Origin: a virus
DNA length: 64,000 nt
IMG/VR virus record: IMGVR_UViG_3300042546_000155
Direction: 5' to 3' (one strand)
Shown: positions 57,485 to 64,000 of the stretch, one piece after another
Numbering within the stretch: position 1 is the stretch's first letter
Layout: each line of letters opens with the position of its first letter
Made by a program: the position numbers and the translations under genes
The notes under the pieces: model-generated
The model's database searches: none
Told to the model about the DNA's origin: nothing
Seen by the model: the letters and a program-made list of their open reading frames with translations, nothing else

Positions 57485-58132
57485 TCAAAGTTTTGAGATA
57501 TAGTTCTCGAAAATCTTCAAGGCGACATCTTCAATATCGTGTTTTGATGCCTCAGTAATGAGTTTCTTTGCACGATAGTAATCTTGTTCTTTCCAGTTAC
57601 CATTTTCAAAAATCCACTCCTTACCTTCCATGATGCCTCGAACGAATGCGTCTTGTGCGCTAGGATCAGCAACAACGTCTGCCGCAGTTGCTAACTTATA
57701 GTCGTCTTGTACCTGTTGGTATCCATTATATGGTCTAAGAGACCCTACGCCTCTTGTTGACACACCAAGACTTGCACCACCATCTAATAAACTCTTAACA
57801 ATTTTTCCGTTAGGAGTATCCAAAATTTTTGCTTTACCAATAAAATTAGTCCCGTCAGGTTTCAATGATGTAATCATGTGGGACACACGATCTAGGTTGA
57901 TTTGAGGATTCTCAGGATGACCTAGTTCACCAAATGCTCTGTTCTTTTGAACATATTCTCTATTGTAACGATCTGCTTCTTTTGAAAGAACGCTCATAGG
58001 ATAAACACGACCGTTACGATTTTGCTTTTCTGCTTGCATGAAGATACCGGTGATATAATGGTTCTTACCACCCTTACCATCTGATTCTACCAGATATTGA
58101 ATATCTTGAATTTCTTCTCTAATGAGTTTCAT
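57485..58132 (-). CDS. 21: prohead protease (gp21)
   Basis: GIFMQAE..NRNGRVY, GELGHP, VSH, GVSTRGVGS, DVVADPS. Confidence 0.95.
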   Translation of the reverse strand: MKLIREEIQDIQYLVESDGKGGKNHYITGIFMQAEKQNRNGRVYPMSVLSKEADRYNREYVQKNRAFGELGHPENPQINLDRVSHMITSLKPDGTNFIGKAKILDTPNGKIVKSLLDGGASLGVSTRGVGSLRPYNGYQQVQDDYKLATAADVVADPSAQDAFVRGIMEGKEWIFENGNWKEQDYYRAKKLITEASKHDIEDVALKIFENYISKL

Positions 58133-58143
58133 CTATTTATTCC

Positions 58144-58764
58144 TTAACTTCTACCAGCTTGGATGGCACTAGCAACATGCTTTGCAAAGTCTTTAACTGT
58201 TACTGGGCGACCTTTAACGCCTGTCATCTTACCTAATGTCTCACCAGCTTTATCATGAATGCGACGACCAAGAGACTTAGGTTCACCAGTTAGTTTAACT
58301 TCTGGTGCTTCTGGCTCTGCCTTAGGGGCCTTAGGCTTCATTTTTTCTTTTCTTTTCTCGGTCGATGCGTCTCTTAGACCATGCTTTGCTTCTGGCTTTT
58401 TCTTTTCTTTATCTAGAACATCTGCTGCTCTTTTATAGCCAGCCTTCTTGCGGGCTTCAATATCTGCTGGAGAAAGTTTTCCACCTTTACCAAATCCCTT
58501 TGGTGTTGTGGTAGCTTGATATTCTTTTTCAGTTTTTCTCTGAGCAATCTTAGCCTTCCAATAAGCCTTCTTCTCTGCATCTGATTTGCCTACAAGAGGA
58601 CCAGACTTAGCGCCATAACCACGATAACCCATTAGCTCGGTTAAGTTTAGTGATCTTTTGACTTCTAATAGTTTCTGCTCACGAATAGAATCGATACGAT
58701 CCTCGAAATATTCGTTTGCTTCTACTAGATTTTTATTGAGGATGGCGTCGAGAAGTTCGCTCAT
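58144..58764 (-). CDS. basic putative internal head protein
   Basis: Helical core-protein-like N-terminus, LTE site, Lys-rich remainder; head gene cluster. Confidence 0.55.
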   Translation of the reverse strand: MSELLDAILNKNLVEANEYFEDRIDSIREQKLLEVKRSLNLTELMGYRGYGAKSGPLVGKSDAEKKAYWKAKIAQRKTEKEYQATTTPKGFGKGGKLSPADIEARKKAGYKRAADVLDKEKKKPEAKHGLRDASTEKRKEKMKPKAPKAEPEAPEVKLTGEPKSLGRRIHDKAGETLGKMTGVKGRPVTVKDFAKHVASAIQAGRS

Positions 58765-58765
58765 A

Positions 58766-59290
58766 TTACTGACCTCTACCTGTTACGCCGTAGTTGAAAT
58801 CTCTTGGTGCTGCGGTCTGTCCTTGATCATAATCACGACCATCTTTCTTGAGGTCAATGAATAGAGTTAGAGCATCGCCGTTTGTATTACCAGCAGAAGA
58901 AAATACGATATTACCCGTGCTATTAGCAGAATCGACAATTGAAATGGCAGCAGACATACCTTCAACTTCAAAGTTATAGTCAAAACTTCCGTCACCGACT
59001 GCAACAAAAGGAATGTTCTCTCCATTAGTGCCCTGCCACTTTAGAAAGATATGTCCCTTATTTTTGAAAACGCCTTGTCCATAAATTCTCTTAATTGATG
59101 TTCTATAAAGTGACTTTCTGTCAGTGCCAGTTCCTAGAATCTGATTATTAGCATTCATTGAAAATGCTAATGATGCAACATCAAGCAATACAGTATTTGC
59201 TTCTGCTGTACCGTCAGAGACACCGACCCACTTGACAAGTGATCTTCTATTAGTGTCTACCAAAACTTGTTTGTATAGAATGTTTGCCAT
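58766..59290 (-). CDS. putative virion structural protein
   Basis: Beta-rich composition; located between gp20 and gp21. Confidence 0.55.
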   Translation of the reverse strand: MANILYKQVLVDTNRRSLVKWVGVSDGTAEANTVLLDVASLAFSMNANNQILGTGTDRKSLYRTSIKRIYGQGVFKNKGHIFLKWQGTNGENIPFVAVGDGSFDYNFEVEGMSAAISIVDSANSTGNIVFSSAGNTNGDALTLFIDLKKDGRDYDQGQTAAPRDFNYGVTGRGQ

Positions 59291-59292
59291 TG

Positions 59293-60138
59293 TTAATTCC
59301 TAATTGAAAAGTTTAATAGTTTCTTGAAGGACTCAAGGTCTTCGTTCAACATGTTCTCTACGATCTTTTTGTTTCTAGTATTGACCGAGTCATAAACTTC
59401 AAGTATTCTTTTAGCCATACTGTTATTTAGGGTAATTGTTCTTCCATTGATATTTAAATCTTTTGAATCAATACCTTCTTTAACCATCTTGCGAATGTCT
59501 GTAATTTTGTTTTCTTGAATTTGCTTTTGTCTAGAAGTCCATGAACTACCAGTTTTTGGTTTTTCATAACTAACATCACCCGTTTTAGATTGCTTTATTG
59601 GTGCTGGTGTAGATGATGATTGACTATCATCGCCAGAAGAAGGAGCAGTAATGTTTTTCTTTATTGATCTATAAGCTCTAAGACCTTTTTTACCGCCAAC
59701 TTTAGTTACGGCTCTTTCGATTGCTCTTCCTGCTCCACCACGAACTAATGCTCTACCGGCTCCGCTTGTGACTGCCCTTGCTGCACCTGTTGTAATAGCT
59801 CTACCAGCAGCGCCAGCAATCATTTCACCGCCAACTGCTAGTGCAGGACCGAGAAGTTCGTTTAGTTGTTCTTCCGAATCATGAACAATTGCTTCCGACA
59901 TTTGTAGAACGCCTTCCTTGCTGAAAGGAATAGTGAGATACTTGTCGATCATTCTTGAATAGTAAAGAGCAACTAACTGGTTGTTAGGATAAATTCTATA
60001 TGTCACTCTCTTAAACAATAGCATAGAAGGCATGTTTGGAAATCCTGCTTTAACAGGGTTTGACTTACCAGATGCTTCATTTAAAACACTATGATCTTTG
60101 GTATCATATTCTTCACGAATCTGTTTAAGAGTTTTCAT
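59293..60138 (-). CDS. putative internal head/core protein
   Basis: MKTLKQIRE N-terminus, several LxE/IxE sites, GAxRA repeats. Confidence 0.55.
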   Translation of the reverse strand: MKTLKQIREEYDTKDHSVLNEASGKSNPVKAGFPNMPSMLLFKRVTYRIYPNNQLVALYYSRMIDKYLTIPFSKEGVLQMSEAIVHDSEEQLNELLGPALAVGGEMIAGAAGRAITTGAARAVTSGAGRALVRGGAGRAIERAVTKVGGKKGLRAYRSIKKNITAPSSGDDSQSSSTPAPIKQSKTGDVSYEKPKTGSSWTSRQKQIQENKITDIRKMVKEGIDSKDLNINGRTITLNNSMAKRILEVYDSVNTRNKKIVENMLNEDLESFKKLLNFSIRN

Positions 60139-60147
60139 CTTTGTTCC

Positions 60148-61395
60148 TTACTGTGCGAAATAGTTAGAAGCAATTTCCTTCTTGCGTTCTTCTAGCTTTT
60201 CGATAGTCTTTTCTTGAAGAATAGCCTGGAAGTTTTCTCTCATATCGTCAAGGTTATTCTCAAGGATATTGTCAAATGCCTCTTGAATAATTTCTTTGTT
60301 ATTCATTTTAGTTTCCTCGTAGATTGTTTTGGTTGTACCTGTAGCACCTGGTGCATATCTTGTGTCTGGTTTGTTGAAGTTTTCTTCACAATTCCAACGG
60401 CGTAGTGCCTTATTAATTCTTGAATCGGGATCGTTTGCAGTCTTAGCAGATGTTAGACGCTTCTTCATTCCACCCATGCGTGAACAGAATGACTTACGGC
60501 GGGACGCTCTTTTGCCCTTAGGGTTCTTTTCTGTTACTGCTGTCTGTAGTTTAGAACCTGGGTTCTCTCTCTTATATGCATCAACTGCCTTTTGCGATAG
60601 ACCGTCTGTCTTGTCCTTGCGATTAACTGACTGCCAATCTTCTTGGTAGATGCCTCGTTCAGTAGAAGTGGGATACTTATTTTCTTCGTATGTTGCTCTC
60701 TCTGTATAACGAGAAACACTGGCTTCGACTTGCTCTGTAGGAACACAATTAGGTACCATACGGTTACCCTTTTTCTTTAGTCCCTTGGCTGTATAGCCTT
60801 TCCAGCAAGCACCTTTAAGATCGTTCTTCTCTTCCACTTTTGCTACCCTTCTGGTGTTACCTGTAAGATCGCCAACAACATTAACTCCACCATTATGATC
60901 GTATTCGCCTAGTTCATTCAGCTTTTCTTCTGCAATGTTACCAAAGTTCTTATTTGCATCCATTTTAGTTGGATCAAATGCTTTAAAACCTAACTTATCA
61001 TTATGATATTTATAATGTTTGTTTTTGATATACTTTAAGTTGTTTCCATTCTGATCATTATATGCCATCATGTTTGTAGTGGTGTATCGTTCTACTGGAT
61101 TTACACCGGGATCACCAGTGACATATCCTAGTCCTCTAACAGCACTTGTACCAATTTCTTCTTTAAGTTTATTCTTATCTGCTTTATCGGCCTTATCAAG
61201 CATTGCATAGTAATCAGGTCTTTCACCTATATGATCCCTAGCAACTTGCTCTGCCTTTTTCTGATTAGTATTATGTTCTTTTTCATGCTTCGCACCTTTC
61301 TTAACAAGGTCACGAACTCTTGCTAAAGAAATCTTAAACTTCTTTGCAATCGCTTCGTTGCCTAGTGTTCTTACATCGGTGCTTTTTAGAGACAT
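60148..61395 (-). CDS. multi-domain putative internal head protein with gp67-like C-terminus
   Basis: EKEH...ARDH..E.PDYY, CWKGY...VPNCVP and RRKSFCSRM...ALRRWNC modules; internal RBS + ATG at 60306. Confidence 0.6.
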   Translation of the reverse strand: MSLKSTDVRTLGNEAIAKKFKISLARVRDLVKKGAKHEKEHNTNQKKAEQVARDHIGERPDYYAMLDKADKADKNKLKEEIGTSAVRGLGYVTGDPGVNPVERYTTTNMMAYNDQNGNNLKYIKNKHYKYHNDKLGFKAFDPTKMDANKNFGNIAEEKLNELGEYDHNGGVNVVGDLTGNTRRVAKVEEKNDLKGACWKGYTAKGLKKKGNRMVPNCVPTEQVEASVSRYTERATYEENKYPTSTERGIYQEDWQSVNRKDKTDGLSQKAVDAYKRENPGSKLQTAVTEKNPKGKRASRRKSFCSRMGGMKKRLTSAKTANDPDSRINKALRRWNCEENFNKPDTRYAPGATGTTKTIYEETKMNNKEIIQEAFDNILENNLDDMRENFQAILQEKTIEKLEERKKEIASNYFAQ

Positions 61396-61397
61396 GA

Positions 61398-63272
61398 TTA
61401 ATCCTTATGTGGCACTAGAATGCCATTCTCGTTGAGGTGTGTTACTGTGCCATTAGGTGCAGCATACTTGCCACTACCAACATAGACCAGTCCTAAATCT
61501 TTTGCTTCTTCTGCTACAGTCTTTTTCTTCTTAGCTGGTTCTTTCTTAGGAGGTGTAGAACCCTTCTTAGACTGAATAGTTGCAAGTTTGATCTTCTTAT
61601 CCATCATGTTGGATTCATGATCACGGCTTGCTGTTTCTGCCTTACCTGGTTCCTGATCTGGTCCAGCAATCTTGTCCACTTCTTTCTGAACATGTGCCTG
61701 AGCAATTTGCTGTTGAGCACCAAAAGCAATCTGATTTTGCATATCTTGTTGCTGTTGCTGTGCCATCACTTCGGCGTTTTGCTGGTCAATCTGCGCCTGA
61801 ACCTGTCCTTCTTCCTCCATCTGGGCATTCATTTCTTCAATGTCATCATCTGTCTGTTGAAGAATGTTTTTACGAACCCACATGATAGAATAATACTTAC
61901 CGACGAAAGGATCGACCTTAACTAGTGTATCGAGACGAACATTGATAAGCTCTGCCTCTTTAAGTTCGTCAAAGTTATTGTCTTTCTTGAAGTCATACCA
62001 AATATCTTCTTTAAACTCGTTCCATTCTTCTTCGGTACAAACATTCTTAAGAACTAGCTGCACACGGAGAACTTCATCGAACAATGAAGCAAACTTGTTA
62101 CGAAGACGGGTAACGAACTTATTAAACTTTAGTTCGTCTCTTGTGATTTCTGTGGTACGACCAAGTGAGAATCCGTTATTCTGTTCTAGACGAGAGACGG
62201 GAACACCAAGTGACTTGTATAGCTTGGTCTGGAAATACTTAACATCTTCTAGCTCACCAAGGTTACGAGCGCCTTCTAGTGTGCTAATTTCAGTTCCTTT
62301 TGATCCTTCACGGCGTGGTAACCAGAAGTCTTCAAGCATTGATAGATGCTTACGGTCGTCTCTAATCTCACCAGTGTTTGAATCGTAAACCAACTTGTTA
62401 CGATACTTGACCATGATATCACGGACATACTGTTCCGCTTTAACTGTTGGCATATTACCAACATCGATATAGAACACTCTACGCTCGGGAGCACGGCTTA
62501 GACGATAGATAACAGTGGCGTCCTCAACCATGCGTAGGTTGTTAAATGGCTTAATTGATTTATGAAGATATGATAGAACCATGGTCTGCTTTGGATCCAT
62601 GATACCTGAATTGATGTTAACGATAGAGTCTGGAGCAATCTTAGAACCTAGATTAGTTCCTGCACCGATAAGACCCTTTTCGTTGTAAAGGTAGTATTCG
62701 ATCTGCTTTCTGATAATCTCAACACCAGTATTAGGATCACGCATCTTTTGAATTTCACGGATCTTACGGATACGGCGAGGATCAATATACTTGATTTCTT
62801 GAATGCCTAGGGTGGGGTTCGTTTCATCGATAGTTAGATGATAGAATAGTCTGCCGTCGATATACCAACGACGAAAGATTTCATGACCCATATTACCAAA
62901 GTTAAGTAGCTTCAATACATAATCAAATTCTTCTTCAATACGCTTTTTAATAGCAGGAGGAAGTTTGACTTCATCCATATTGATTTCAACCGATGTTCCA
63001 GAATCTTCTACAACGATGGCCTCATTTACGATTTCATCGATTGCCGATTCCGCTTCTGGCTGAATAGCAAGTTCACGATACTTTGTGATAAGTTGTGTTT
63101 CGTTACGAAAGGTGCCGTCAAGATCGACATAAGTGCCGTAATAGCCCGCACCTGCAATTGTCACCGCCCCGTCATCATTCTGAGGCAGTGTGAATGTTTT
63201 ATTTTTTGGTTCTTGGAGTTGTTGGTCTACAGCCTTCTTCTCGGAACCGATTTCAAATCCAAATAACTTCAC
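61398..63272 (-). CDS. 20: portal protein (gp20)
   Basis: LFGF, FRRWYIDGR, IYRLSRAPERRVFYIDVGN, EDFWLPRREG. Confidence 0.97.
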   Translation of the reverse strand: MKLFGFEIGSEKKAVDQQLQEPKNKTFTLPQNDDGAVTIAGAGYYGTYVDLDGTFRNETQLITKYRELAIQPEAESAIDEIVNEAIVVEDSGTSVEINMDEVKLPPAIKKRIEEEFDYVLKLLNFGNMGHEIFRRWYIDGRLFYHLTIDETNPTLGIQEIKYIDPRRIRKIREIQKMRDPNTGVEIIRKQIEYYLYNEKGLIGAGTNLGSKIAPDSIVNINSGIMDPKQTMVLSYLHKSIKPFNNLRMVEDATVIYRLSRAPERRVFYIDVGNMPTVKAEQYVRDIMVKYRNKLVYDSNTGEIRDDRKHLSMLEDFWLPRREGSKGTEISTLEGARNLGELEDVKYFQTKLYKSLGVPVSRLEQNNGFSLGRTTEITRDELKFNKFVTRLRNKFASLFDEVLRVQLVLKNVCTEEEWNEFKEDIWYDFKKDNNFDELKEAELINVRLDTLVKVDPFVGKYYSIMWVRKNILQQTDDDIEEMNAQMEEEGQVQAQIDQQNAEVMAQQQQQDMQNQIAFGAQQQIAQAHVQKEVDKIAGPDQEPGKAETASRDHESNMMDKKIKLATIQSKKGSTPPKKEPAKKKKTVAEEAKDLGLVYVGSGKYAAPNGTVTHLNENGILVPHKD

Positions 63273-63343
63273 AATCTTATCCTTTTATTAGACCTAAAAC
63301 CCATGGGGAAATGAATCCCCATGGATTGTAGTATTTATCCTGA

Positions 63344-63934
63344 TTAGGTTGTAGTGTTTGATACCCACCACTGATAGTCGAAGGTCACTGTATATTCTTC
63401 GATCTGATCACCTAGTGCCCAATCGAGGTCGATAGCAGCAACATCAGTTGGGAATGCACCGACTAGAGTGTATCTTTTGATAACATTCTGAGGTCCGGTC
63501 TTACCATACTGAGTAACAATAGCATCAGTTTGATATGATGCTGGAGGACTATAACCTGGTGAACGAATGTTACCAACATGTGAGTTGATAGTATTCATCC
63601 AAACTTCAAGGTTGTTACGAACAGAGAAGCTTTCATCATTGATGATAGTAACAGACCATTGTGAGAATGTTCTGGTACCAGCTACTTTGATTTCACGACC
63701 AAAGTATGGAATTACAATTGATGAAATACTGTCTGCTGGGAGCGAAGCTGCTCTACAAACGAATGATAGTGATCCAGTTGCGTTTAGTGCATTAACTCCA
63801 CCAGCGCCAACTACTGGAGGGACCGCAGCCCCTCCATAAGCACCAGTTGGAAATGGAATCGTAACTTGGAATAGACTAGGTCTTGCACCATCATTAAGCA
63901 AATTTGCTCTAAATGTGGATACGTCAAATGCCAT
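63344..63934 (-). CDS. 19: tail tube protein (gp19)
   Basis: GARPSLF, AASLP, GREIKVAGTRTF..W.VT.IND, FP....IDL.W, EEYTVTF. Confidence 0.92.
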   Translation of the reverse strand: MAFDVSTFRANLLNDGARPSLFQVTIPFPTGAYGGAAVPPVVGAGGVNALNATGSLSFVCRAASLPADSISSIVIPYFGREIKVAGTRTFSQWSVTIINDESFSVRNNLEVWMNTINSHVGNIRSPGYSPPASYQTDAIVTQYGKTGPQNVIKRYTLVGAFPTDVAAIDLDWALGDQIEEYTVTFDYQWWVSNTTT

Positions 63935-63963
63935 TTGTTTTTCTCCTTATGTGTTTCTATTTA

Positions 63964-64000
63964 TTAAAATCTACCGACAACTTCGGAGAAGGCGACACCT
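63964..64000 (-). CDS. 18: 3' end of tail sheath protein (gp18), partial
   Basis: GVAFSEVVGRF* immediately upstream of gp19. Confidence 0.75.
   Translation of the reverse strand, partial: GVAFSEVVGRF

Noticed and set aside
1-64000. CRISPR array, rRNA, integrase/transposase, stop-codon recoding
   Set aside because: No repeat-spacer series or such genes seen; core genes translate full length in the standard code

Overview
A 64-kb segment of a large T4-like myophage genome, almost entirely encoded on the minus strand. It carries the T4-type core: gp18 (end), gp19, gp20, gp21, gp22, gp23, gp3, UvsY, UvsW, gp55, gp47, gp46, gp1, gp45, gp44, gp62, RegA, gp43, UvsX, gp40 and gp41. The host is most likely an alphaproteobacterial (Methylocystis/Methylosinus-type) methanotroph, because the phage encodes a stand-alone pmoC of that type. 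pmoC has its own T4-type late promoter and terminator. A ~23-kb accessory island lies between hsp20 and DNA polymerase. It holds an 11-gene nucleotide-sugar/glycosyl-/methyl-transferase cluster, an acyl-CoA dehydrogenase, an HNH endonuclease, pmoC, small exported proteins, a holin/spanin module and a Bfd-like [2Fe-2S] ferredoxin absent from the ORF track. Other notable genes are a full-length FtsH inserted between gp47 and gp46, and a coupled PLP-enzyme / beta-glucosyltransferase-like / DNA-methyltransferase trio (candidate DNA hypermodification cassette). Notable non-coding elements are a 12/13-bp H-type pseudoknot whose loop is antisense to the RBS of the two upstream genes, a ROSE-like thermometer on hsp20, a non-canonical UAU-anticodon tRNA-like gene next to tRNA-Arg(UCU), and a counter-oriented sigma70 promoter followed by GNA-type DNA hairpins (candidate origin). 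All assignments come from motif recognition by eye; no database search or computation was run.
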